This document shows, piece after piece, positions 27,486 to 36,128 of a stretch of 53,581 bases of DNA. The notes beneath the pieces were generated by a model. That model saw only the letters and a program-made list of their open reading frames with translations, did no database searches and was not told the DNA's origin. Numbering within the stretch: position 1 is the stretch's first letter; each line of letters opens with the position of its first letter. Source of the DNA: Pseudomonadota bacterium (lineage in GTDB: Bacteria > Bdellovibrionota > FAC87 > UBA2466). A program made the translations under genes and the position numbers. The stretch lies in the NCBI GenBank assembly GCA_043767805.1, contig JAYUGC010000157.1:1-53581 (forward strand). Direction: 5' to 3'.

Positions 27486-29300
27486 TTAAGTCTCTTTCTT
27501 GGCCAGTATGCCGAGCGCCAAAGCCAGGAGCGACATTGCTCCTAGGCTCAGCGCCGCGGAATCAATGAGCCTTAAGGGCACCCATTGAGGATTACCAACG
27601 ATAAAAATGGCGACCAGGACGCCGACCAAGGTTTCTCCCCCGATCAGTCCGGAAGCAAAAGCCGTGGTTAATCGGCGAGTGCTGGGGACGCCGCTTAAAA
27701 GCGAAAGCCAGCCGCCCAGGCAAACGGGCAATACCAGGCTGATAGGGAGGTACATGCCGAGAGTGACGGCTAGGACAGGAAGCCGGAAACGAGACCCGCG
27801 AGCGCGCAGCGCTTCATCCAAGATCACGAAAGCGATGGCTATCTTTATGCCGAGTCCCACCCACGTCCACGGCACTTCGCCGCCGGTGACGATTCCGTGG
27901 GCCATGCCGGCAAAGAGGTTGGCTTGAGTCGGGGTGAGTGCGCCTTTGCCGCCCGTGCCGACGCCGTAAGCGAAATGAAGGTAGCGTAGCGGCAAAGCAA
28001 CGATGAGAGCGCCGGCCCCGACTCCGAGTAGCGCGCCCAGCTGCAAGCGCGCGGGCCGGACTTCGCAAATCTCTCCCACGCGAAAACTTTGGGAGAGGGC
28101 TCCCGAGACCAAGCCCGCCGCGGCTGCCGCGAAAACCACGATGAGCAGTAGCGATTCGAGCGAAGCCAAAGGTGCCATCGCTTGCATGATGGGGCCAGAA
28201 AAAAGCAAAATGCCGAGACCCAGAGCCGTGACCGGAGCCAGCGATATTCCCACCAGTCCCGCCATCGATCCGCCGACGAGAGCGGAGACCAGCGAAAAAA
28301 CCAGAGCGGTCGCGACGCCTAGCCCAGTCAATCCTATGGAATGAGTTTCGAGCCAACAAGCGATTCCCAAAAAGACGGCGGCGCTCATCATCAAGCTCAC
28401 CCGAAGGGGCGCGGGAAGATCGGGGCCCGCCGTTTCCTTCGTCTCCTGGGGAATGAGCACCCCGCGCAAGCCGGAAGCCACCAACCGGCGGCTTTGGAAT
28501 AAAGCCCAAAGAGAAGCGACCGCAAGTCCGCCCACACCCAGGTATCTGAGCCGTGTGTTCCAGGTGAGCCAGCTCCAGCCGAGCGGATCGGGATGAGTGA
28601 CGGCGTCCCATCCTAAGAAAGGAAGCGTAAGAAACCAGGAAACCGCGGAGCCGACAAAGAGCGCCGTCACGGTGCGGGCGCCCGCCAGATAGCCGATGCC
28701 GAGGAGGGCGGGAGAGGTTTCCGCCCCGATATAAAAAACGGTGCGTCCCGCGGCCCAAGCGCCTTCTACCGACGAGCGAAGGGCTCCCAGCAGAGCGGAG
28801 GCGGCTTTGAGTCCTGCGCCTAGCGCCAAGCCCAGCCCTAAGATCTTTCTCACAGCGCCGGTCTTGGTCAGGCCGACGAGGAGCTGCCCACAGGCTTCGC
28901 CTTCCGGAAAGGCGAGCGCTTCCCCCGCGCTAGCTTTTCTAAACTGTGTGGCAAAGAGAACGCCGGCGATACCTCCGCCCGCCACGAGTAGTGCCACCGT
29001 CCAGTACGGCACTTCTTTCCAGCGATCGCTAATCAAAAAGGCCGGCGCAAAGAAAACTGCGGCCGTCGCTCCCGCCACCGCGGTGGAGACGAGAGTTTGC
29101 ACCATGGCATTTTCCGCCGAACCGCCGTGCTTCAAGAGGAGACTCAAAAAAACAAAGGAGGTGAGGGCCGCGGGGAGGGCAATGGAAAGCGTCATGCCCG
29201 CTGAAGCCCCTAGGAAAACCGCGGCGACAGAGGCCAGTAGCGCCAAAAAGATTCCAAAGCCGTGAGGTAAGAGGTCGCGTTCCGAAGCTTGGGTCGACAT
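27486..29300 (-). CDS. OPT/YSL-family oligopeptide transporter
   Basis: ENAMVQT, LAFPEGEAC, SPALLGIGY, PTQANL and ASGLIGGETL motifs; many TM helices. Confidence 0.9.
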   Translation of the reverse strand: MSTQASERDLLPHGFGIFLALLASVAAVFLGASAGMTLSIALPAALTSFVFLSLLLKHGGSAENAMVQTLVSTAVAGATAAVFFAPAFLISDRWKEVPYWTVALLVAGGGIAGVLFATQFRKASAGEALAFPEGEACGQLLVGLTKTGAVRKILGLGLALGAGLKAASALLGALRSSVEGAWAAGRTVFYIGAETSPALLGIGYLAGARTVTALFVGSAVSWFLTLPFLGWDAVTHPDPLGWSWLTWNTRLRYLGVGGLAVASLWALFQSRRLVASGLRGVLIPQETKETAGPDLPAPLRVSLMMSAAVFLGIACWLETHSIGLTGLGVATALVFSLVSALVGGSMAGLVGISLAPVTALGLGILLFSGPIMQAMAPLASLESLLLIVVFAAAAAGLVSGALSQSFRVGEICEVRPARLQLGALLGVGAGALIVALPLRYLHFAYGVGTGGKGALTPTQANLFAGMAHGIVTGGEVPWTWVGLGIKIAIAFVILDEALRARGSRFRLPVLAVTLGMYLPISLVLPVCLGGWLSLLSGVPSTRRLTTAFASGLIGGETLVGVLVAIFIVGNPQWVPLRLIDSAALSLGAMSLLALALGILAKKET

Positions 29301-29321
29301 GGGGGCAATTGTACCACCGCT

Positions 29322-30602
29322 CTACCGTCGTAAGCTGGCTCTCAGAAACACGGCTAGGTCATCCTCCTTGGTGACCGTAGTAACCGGCTTTTTCTTGGCG
29401 GGTTTTTGTTTTTCTCCCGTGGGCTCGGTGGTCTCGCCGAGCTCCATGGGCGCGGTCTCGGTAGCCGCCGCAAAAACCTCGGACTTGAAGAGCGCGCGGC
29501 CTTCCGGTGAAACGTCGGGCGGGTTCCAAGCCACGGTGTTCGCCTCTTTCTGAGCCAGCCCGAACGGGTCGGCTTCTGGCTCGGCGAGAGGCCGTTCCTT
29601 CGCCGGAATGTCGAGGGTGGGAATCGTAAGAGTCGCCATTTTCTGCGCGGGTGGTGGCACGGTCTCGGAGGCCACTTCCGAACTGCTCGCGCGAATGATG
29701 GAAAGCGGCGGTGTGTTTTCAAAAGATGGGGCCGGGGGCGTGAACTCTTGCACGGGCGGCGCCGTTATCGACTGCGCAACCGGAGGCGTCGTCTTAATGG
29801 GGGCCGAAGGGCGGCTCTCATAAGTTTGACGGGGGGACGACGCCGGTAAAGCGGGAAGCTCCGGCATCGTGGGCCTTACCGGGGCGGGCGCGCTTGAGCT
29901 GACTCGAATCGGAAGCGACTCGGGCGCGGCGGCCGGGGCCGTCGGCGTCGGTGCTTGAACGGGCGCGCTCGGAGCGGCTCTTGTAATGGGCGCCAGCGAA
30001 ACTTTTTGCGGAGTGACCATCGGACTATAAGGCGTGCTCGCCAGATTGATCGGACCGATTGGGCTCTGCGCAGGAGCCGGAGCCACTGGCGCCGTCTTAA
30101 CCTTCAAAATCTGAATGGCTTGTTCCTGAATCTCGAGAGGTGGCGGCGTCGCTTCGACGACCTCGGGAAGCGTTTTCATTGCCGCGGTCTCGGCCGCGAG
30201 ATTTGAGGCGTTGGTGGATTTGATGTCCTCCATTAAGCGGTATTGCGAAAGCGTGGAGTAGAGATCGTTGATGAGCTTCGTCCGCTCCGGATCCGGATTG
30301 GCCTCAGCGTTTTGCTTGATCGAGAGCTCTTTGATCTTCTCTTCGATGGAGACCAGGTCCTTCTCGGTGGCCTTATCGCCGAGCTCCTTGAACTTATCCA
30401 CGGCGTCGGAATCCTTTTTGGCTTCTTCCTTCTTTTTATCCGCTTCGGTTTTCTCAGTGTCTTTGGCTTGGGCGCCTTCCTTGGCGGCCTCTCCCTCTTT
30501 TTCCTCGGCCGCGGCTCCCCCGTGACTCGTCTCGGCGCCTCGCCCGGCCAGCGGCCAAGCCAGAGCGGCGCACATTAGGAAGATGAAGCACTTTGTCCCC
30601 AT
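29322..30602 (-). CDS. Secreted Pro/Ala-rich low-complexity hypothetical protein
   Basis: Signal MGTKCFIFLMCAALAWPLAG; charged coiled N-terminal region followed by a long Pro-rich disordered tail. Confidence 0.7.
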   Translation of the reverse strand: MGTKCFIFLMCAALAWPLAGRGAETSHGGAAAEEKEGEAAKEGAQAKDTEKTEADKKKEEAKKDSDAVDKFKELGDKATEKDLVSIEEKIKELSIKQNAEANPDPERTKLINDLYSTLSQYRLMEDIKSTNASNLAAETAAMKTLPEVVEATPPPLEIQEQAIQILKVKTAPVAPAPAQSPIGPINLASTPYSPMVTPQKVSLAPITRAAPSAPVQAPTPTAPAAAPESLPIRVSSSAPAPVRPTMPELPALPASSPRQTYESRPSAPIKTTPPVAQSITAPPVQEFTPPAPSFENTPPLSIIRASSSEVASETVPPPAQKMATLTIPTLDIPAKERPLAEPEADPFGLAQKEANTVAWNPPDVSPEGRALFKSEVFAAATETAPMELGETTEPTGEKQKPAKKKPVTTVTKEDDLAVFLRASLRR

Positions 30603-30931
30603 TAGATCGTGATCCCCTTGCCCCCTATCACTGCAAGGGCGGGGCCCCACTTGCGCCCTCACGAAAAACCCCGAATACACGGGCCGGAAATTTCCCCAAC
30701 CCTAGTATTCACGCGACTCCATAAAGGGTTTTCGTTCCAGCTACTTTGCCGTGGGCCCGGTGGATGGAATACGGACGGTTGCCTGAAACCTCCTCAGTTT
30801 AGTGGTGCTCCGAGTCAGGCTCTAAGGCCCCGTATACAGTCAGAAAAGGGCGAAGACTGAGAGAGTATTGAGCGTTGCTTCGACGGGGCCTCACCTGCTG
30901 GGCCGGGAATACCGAAACAGTGAGTGGAGCC

Positions 30932-31927
30932 ATGAAGCCATCCAACCCCATAGTCTCGGTCATGTTCGTCGACATCGTCGGCTTTTCCATTTCGGCGGAA
31001 AAGATGCCGGCAGACGAAGTGTTTCAGAGACTTCGGTCGCTGCTCTCCGAGCTCACCGAGATCGTGAAAAAGAACGGCGGCATCCTCGACAAGACCATCG
31101 GCGACGGATTTCTCTGCTTCTTCGGTTGCGGCTACGACGGAAAGATCACCTCCGATCGCCACGCCGACCAGGCCATTCGTTGTGCTTGCGAGATGCAGCG
31201 GCTAGCGGCCACTCGCGTACTGCAGTCGAAAGATTCCCAAGATCCGGTTTATCCGCTGCGCATCGGGATTAACACTGCTCCCGTTTTCATCGGGAACATG
31301 GGAACGGCGAAAGACGCCGATTTCACTTTGATCGGCCACGGCGTGAACATCGCTCAGCGCCTCGAGTACGCGTGCGAGAGTTTCCGCGTGATGATGTCGG
31401 CGACGACCCTTGGTGCCTGGGCCCAGTTCGGCGGCGGCTCGGTACGCATCCATAAGCGGCAAGTGCAGATGAAGCACCGCGAGACCATCTTCGAGGCTTT
31501 CGAACTGGATCCTTTCGAGGCGGAGCCCGAGATTTTGAAAGAAGCCGTGGCGCTATACCGCGAGCGAGTCGGTTTTCGCCGCAAAGAAAACCGCGAAGAG
31601 CTTGGCCGGGGGATTTCCATCTCCGTGCATCCCGAGCGAGTCGAAGCGACACTCGTCAATTATTCCCGCTCGGGACTCGCTCTGAAGACTCCGACTTATT
31701 TTTCGCGGGGAACGACGCTGTCGCTCAGTCTCGATTCCACCTCGAAGCGCTTGGCGGCCATTTGCCGTAAGTACAAGGTCGCGCCCATTCTGACGGGAGA
31801 GGTGCGCTGGGGCGTTCCCGCGGGGGACGATTACCTGCATGGCATCGAGCTGTCCCGCCTTACCGACGAAGGCCGCGACGCGCTTTTCGCCGCGCTCAAA
31901 GAGTATCTCGACGTCTCTTCAAAGTAG
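30932..31927 (+). CDS. Class III adenylate cyclase fused to a C-terminal PilZ domain
   Basis: Cyclase motifs FVDIVGFS, DKTIGDG, LRIGIN and DFTLIGHGVNIAQRLE; PilZ motifs RRKENR (RxxxR) and NYSRSG, plus GEVRW...GIEL. Confidence 0.85.
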   Translation: MKPSNPIVSVMFVDIVGFSISAEKMPADEVFQRLRSLLSELTEIVKKNGGILDKTIGDGFLCFFGCGYDGKITSDRHADQAIRCACEMQRLAATRVLQSKDSQDPVYPLRIGINTAPVFIGNMGTAKDADFTLIGHGVNIAQRLEYACESFRVMMSATTLGAWAQFGGGSVRIHKRQVQMKHRETIFEAFELDPFEAEPEILKEAVALYRERVGFRRKENREELGRGISISVHPERVEATLVNYSRSGLALKTPTYFSRGTTLSLSLDSTSKRLAAICRKYKVAPILTGEVRWGVPAGDDYLHGIELSRLTDEGRDALFAALKEYLDVSSK

Positions 31928-32884
31928 GTTCAAGTAGAGCTCTTTTAGAAACCCGCTCGGATTTTTCGCGAGCCGCTTCGTAAATTCACTGCGCGTGATT
32001 TTAGGAGCGGGAAGGCCGGCCGCCCAGCGAGTGGCGACGTACGACGTGTAGATGTCCTGTAGCTGGCTTTCGAATTTCTTTTCGTCGAACGGCTTCGGAT
32101 CGAGGGGCCATCGCTCGGGCGAAATGCCGCGAAACTTGTAAGCGACCTCAATCCAAAATGGCAGAAACGCCGCGAGCTTCTGATTCGCGTTCCGCCACTT
32201 CAGCCGCAACGACAAGTAGCCCAAAGAGTAGAAGTGATAGACCGAAGGGTGGAAGCTCGCCTCTGCGCCGACGGGAACCATGGCGGGATAGAGCTTGAGC
32301 CAGCTCTTGTAATCCTCGTTGCTCAGTTGCTCCGGCTCGAGCAAGTCCATCAGGTCGCTCAACGACTGCACGGAGGAAGCAGAAACGCCCGGTGGCTTTC
32401 TGTCTCTGAGATATTCCACATGCTCCACGGCGCTCGACGTGTCTTGAGCCAGCACGCCGAGAAACCAAAGCGCTTTGCTCTTATCGTCCTTTAGAAATTT
32501 AAGGGTGTGCTTCCAAAGATCGAACGGAGCGTGGTGCTGCATCGCCTCGCCGATGGCTTCCTTCGTGGTCTCCAGATAACCCACGGTGAAGGGATCCTTC
32601 ATGAGCTTCACCAGCTCAGAAGAAAAGGCGACCGCTTGCACGCTCGCGTCGCGAGTCGTGGGGGCAAGATCGATGAGATTCGCGGCGTCGCGCGAGCCAT
32701 CGAGGCAAGTGCCGAGCGCGTGCAGCTCGGTATGGTACTGGCCGCAACGAAACGTGAGCAGTCCCGCGAGACAGGCTTTCGCAAAGCGATCGCGGTTACA
32801 GATTTCCTGTAACTTGCCTCCGTCCGGATTTTCAGCGGCTGCCGTAAGGCACCAAAGCGCCAGCAGCAGAATCCCTCGTTTCAT
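31919..32884 (-). CDS. Secreted hypothetical protein
   Basis: GGGGA RBS; signal MKRGILLLALWCLTAAA; Cys-containing N-terminus; YHFY motif. Confidence 0.7.
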   Translation of the reverse strand: MKRGILLLALWCLTAAAENPDGGKLQEICNRDRFAKACLAGLLTFRCGQYHTELHALGTCLDGSRDAANLIDLAPTTRDASVQAVAFSSELVKLMKDPFTVGYLETTKEAIGEAMQHHAPFDLWKHTLKFLKDDKSKALWFLGVLAQDTSSAVEHVEYLRDRKPPGVSASSVQSLSDLMDLLEPEQLSNEDYKSWLKLYPAMVPVGAEASFHPSVYHFYSLGYLSLRLKWRNANQKLAAFLPFWIEVAYKFRGISPERWPLDPKPFDEKKFESQLQDIYTSYVATRWAAGLPAPKITRSEFTKRLAKNPSGFLKELYLNLL

Positions 32885-33061
32885 GGTCGATTCCCCCAAG
32901 AAGGCCCGCATTATACAGAGCGTCAAGTTCCGGCGCCAGATGTCCAGGCCCTAGTCTAGGTCTTGGAGACGACCCTGCCTAGAATCCGTGGCCCCGAGCT
33001 TGCAGCGGGAAAGGTGAACAAGTTTCGGGAATTGCTGTACTCTTTGAGTGGTCGGGGGGCC

Positions 33062-34249
33062 ATGCGGGGGACGATTCACATCTTTTTAGCGGGCTGGTTT
33101 TGCCTGGTTTCCGTAACGGGAGCCTGGGCGGAAACCCCACCTACTTTTCCTCCCGGCACCACCGTGGGCGAGCCGCCGGGCTTTGATGGGCCGCCTGAAA
33201 AAGAGAAGGAATCAGACGCCTCTCAGATCGGGACCATCGCGGCGAACGTGGGGTACGGACTTTCGGGTCTGCTGACGTATTTTTCCGTGAAGCGGCTTCC
33301 CGCGGCCGTTCGCCAAACGGCTTCGGCGGCAACGAATCTTGCCCAACACTCCGCGCGCGAAACCTGGGTGGGCATTTTTACCGGGTGGGGAGATGCCTTG
33401 GAAAAAAAGAAGCCCATCGCCATGGCTCGGCTCGAGAAGGCGGTCACCGCTTATGAGAAGGCCACGGCGCCCTTGGGGGCTCATATCCTCTCGCTCGCTC
33501 CCCAAGAGACGCTCGAGCAAAAAGCGTTGGAGATAGACGTTCACTTGGATCGATTTCTCACGCTGCCGCTTCTGGCTCGCCGGACCACGCTCCGCGAGGA
33601 GCTGAAAGGGCTCGTCGCGGTTTGGAAAAAAGATCGAGACGCCGGTCCCTTGGAAAAATGGATCGTCGAGAATCGAGAGTATGACGTCATCCGCACGACG
33701 AATGGGCAAGCTTGGCTTCGGCTCTATCAGGGCCTGCGTGAAGAATTTGCCGCTCTCAGTTTCAAAGAGAAGCATTCCCCGTCGGAAATGGAAAAATGGC
33801 TCCGCTCTTCTCTGGCTTCGGGTGCCGGGGAATTTGTCCGCTGGCGCCGGAAGTACGCTAGCCTGAAGGCGAAAGAGCAAACCGCGGCGGAAAAATTCGT
33901 GAAGTCCGCGAATGCAAGCCTGCCTCATCTTCTAGAAGCCGCGCGCCAGGAAGTTTTGCTGCCGCCCGCCGTTTCGAGAGAGCCGGGCCAGTTTCTCTTC
34001 AACGGCCGGGACGGAACCGGCGTGCGAGAAGTGAATGCTTCGGGAGTGGTTCCCGCCTCTGGTGCCAGTTGCGACAGTCTTTTGGCGGCTATTGCCAAAA
34101 AGCGCGCGAAGATTGCTCTCGAAGCCGATAGGGCGCTTCAAGTGAGGAGTTTGGTTTGGCCCCTGGCGCCGGTCGCCGTGGGAACCGGAGTGGGCGGTTA
34201 CTATTCCCTCGAGGGCGTGCGGTACTGGCTCGAGCCTAAGACTCCTTAG
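33062..34249 (+). CDS. Hypothetical exported/membrane protein
   Basis: Signal-like MRGTIHIFLAGWFCLVSVTGAWA; hydrophobic Gly-rich segments near both ends; helical middle. Confidence 0.65.
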   Translation: MRGTIHIFLAGWFCLVSVTGAWAETPPTFPPGTTVGEPPGFDGPPEKEKESDASQIGTIAANVGYGLSGLLTYFSVKRLPAAVRQTASAATNLAQHSARETWVGIFTGWGDALEKKKPIAMARLEKAVTAYEKATAPLGAHILSLAPQETLEQKALEIDVHLDRFLTLPLLARRTTLREELKGLVAVWKKDRDAGPLEKWIVENREYDVIRTTNGQAWLRLYQGLREEFAALSFKEKHSPSEMEKWLRSSLASGAGEFVRWRRKYASLKAKEQTAAEKFVKSANASLPHLLEAARQEVLLPPAVSREPGQFLFNGRDGTGVREVNASGVVPASGASCDSLLAAIAKKRAKIALEADRALQVRSLVWPLAPVAVGTGVGGYYSLEGVRYWLEPKTP

Positions 34250-34742
34250 CCTTCTTACGAATGTAGATGAGCTTCTCGACTTCGGCGACGGTCTCGCCCT
34301 CCGCGCTCTTCACGTCCACTCGGTAAGTGACCTCGAACTTTTCTTTGGTCTCGAGCTCCTTCAGGACTTCGGCGATCGCCGACTCCGGCAAATGAAACTC
34401 CGCGCGCACGGTTCCTTTCCCCGGTTTCTTGAACCGGATGGACGCGGCCTTGTCCCAAACGATGTAGTCGCGGCCGAGCGCCTCGATCATCAGGATCATG
34501 AAGAAGGGATCGCACATGGCGTAGAGCGAGCCGCCGAAATGGGTTCCCACGAAGTTGCGGTTCCAGCTTCTGAGCTTCATTTCGACGGTGAACGAGCGGA
34601 TATCTTCGGAAACGTGCTTGATGCGGATGCCGGCGCCGACGAAAGGCGGATAAGCGTTAAAGGCGGTTCGGTAGAGCCAGCGCCGCTGCTTTGGGGAGAA
34701 GCGTTTTTGAAAGAGGCCGTAGATGGTGGTGGTTGGGAGCAT
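34236..34742 (-). CDS. Hotdog-fold thioesterase (DUF4442/PaaI-like)
   Basis: YPPFVGAGI, NRNFVGTHFGGSLYAMCDPF and VWDKAASIRFKKPG motifs. Confidence 0.9.
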   Translation of the reverse strand: MLPTTTIYGLFQKRFSPKQRRWLYRTAFNAYPPFVGAGIRIKHVSEDIRSFTVEMKLRSWNRNFVGTHFGGSLYAMCDPFFMILMIEALGRDYIVWDKAASIRFKKPGKGTVRAEFHLPESAIAEVLKELETKEKFEVTYRVDVKSAEGETVAEVEKLIYIRKKAKES

Positions 34743-34778
34743 GGAACCAAACTACGGCCTCTTTAAGCCTTCGGCAAA

Positions 34779-35126
34779 TTAGGGGCAGATTTTCCGTTGG
34801 GTGGTCTTGCCGCGGTAAACGGTAACGGGGCCGAAGAACTGGGAAACCGTCGTGCGCTCGATTACGAGCTCGGAGTGGCCGCAAAGGGTGTCGTTGCTAA
34901 TGTTGTGTCCCTTGAGGGTGATGGTCGCATCGCCGTTCGTTTGGTCCTTAATATCCGCCGAGGTGACTTCGGAAATCTGGTTTGCAAACGTCACCAGCTC
35001 GCTTCCGGAGCCGGTCTTCGCGAGATTCACCAAGGCGTTGGCAATCTCCGTGGCGTCGTCTTGGGCCGCGCCATGAGCGCCGGAGTAGGAAAGAGCGAAA
35101 GTCAGTAGGGCGATGATACGGTACAT
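34779..35126 (-). CDS. Small secreted hypothetical protein
   Basis: AGGAG RBS; signal MYRIIALLTFALSYSGAHG; two Cys. Confidence 0.75.
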   Translation of the reverse strand: MYRIIALLTFALSYSGAHGAAQDDATEIANALVNLAKTGSGSELVTFANQISEVTSADIKDQTNGDATITLKGHNISNDTLCGHSELVIERTTVSQFFGPVTVYRGKTTQRKICP

Positions 35127-35200
35127 GGGAAATCTCCTAGTTCAGGGAGGGAAAATCCTCCGTTTCCAAACGGGAAGCTAACCCCACGCGCCGTGCCGCG

Positions 35201-35246
35201 ATATTAATAAAATATAATTTACGGGTTAATTGTATACTATTAATAT
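35201..35246. promoter_or_regulatory. AT-rich inverted repeat (candidate operator) between divergent genes
   Basis: ATATTAATAAAATATAATT (35201-35219) versus AATTGTATACTATTAATAT (35228-35246): 16/19 complementary with an 8-nt spacer. Confidence 0.55.
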
Positions 35247-35253
35247 AGCCGTC

Positions 35254-36078
35254 ATGGTCGTCTCCCTCTTCAGCGCCTCCGATTACCGAGCCGCCGTCCA
35301 GTCCGCCATCGAGCGGGTGCGGTTTCATAAGCCTCTGAGCTACGCCCAGCTCGCCCGCCAAAGTGGAGTCCAGGCCACCTACTTTTCGAACGTGCTTAAA
35401 AACCGCGCGCATTTTAATGCCGATCAGCTTTACCGCGTCGCCCGGGCGCTGGAAGTTTCCGAGAGCGAGCTCGAGTTCATTTCGCTACTGCTCGAATGGG
35501 AGCGCTCCGCTGAGAAGGAGCGAAAGCGTGAGCTCAACCGGCGGCTCGAAACTATACGTGAGGAAAACCTCTCGACCGGCCGTCACCTTTCCGCGAAGCG
35601 TGTCGCGCCGGAAGACGTGTCGGGCGCGGAATATTATTTGGACGCTCTGGCTACAGTGGTTCACGTCTATCTGGGCATGGAACGCTACGCAAAGGATCCC
35701 AAGCTCATCGCCGAGGCTTTGAAAATTCCGGCGGAATATCTAGGACGTCTTCTCGGCACCATGGCGCGGCTCGGCTACATCGAGCCCAAAGGCACGGGTT
35801 ACGTAGTGCGCCTAAAGCATCGTCATCTTCCCGACGATTCGCCGCTTTGCCTTCCTCACCAAGCTTTGATGCGCGCGCGAAGTCTCGAGCAGTTTCAAAG
35901 ACTGCCTCGGGGGAAGCGATACGGCGTATCCGTGACTTTTTCGGCCACTCCTGACACCAAGGCGCGCATTCAAGCCGAGTTCCTGGATTTTTTGAAACGC
36001 GCCGAGTCTCTGGTCGGCGCGAGCCGCGAGACCCACGTCTTTCAGATGAACTTCGATCTCTTTCCCTGGCTCGATTGA
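35254..36078 (+). CDS. TIGR02147/DUF4423-type HTH protein
   Basis: N-terminal HTH (SYAQLARQSGVQATYFSNVLK); C-terminal ...VFQMNFDLFPW signature. Confidence 0.85.
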   Translation: MVVSLFSASDYRAAVQSAIERVRFHKPLSYAQLARQSGVQATYFSNVLKNRAHFNADQLYRVARALEVSESELEFISLLLEWERSAEKERKRELNRRLETIREENLSTGRHLSAKRVAPEDVSGAEYYLDALATVVHVYLGMERYAKDPKLIAEALKIPAEYLGRLLGTMARLGYIEPKGTGYVVRLKHRHLPDDSPLCLPHQALMRARSLEQFQRLPRGKRYGVSVTFSATPDTKARIQAEFLDFLKRAESLVGASRETHVFQMNFDLFPWLD

Positions 36079-36128
36079 TCCAACGCGTTTGCGGGCTATA
36101 ATGGAGTCGGCCTCCCCTTCCCACTACC

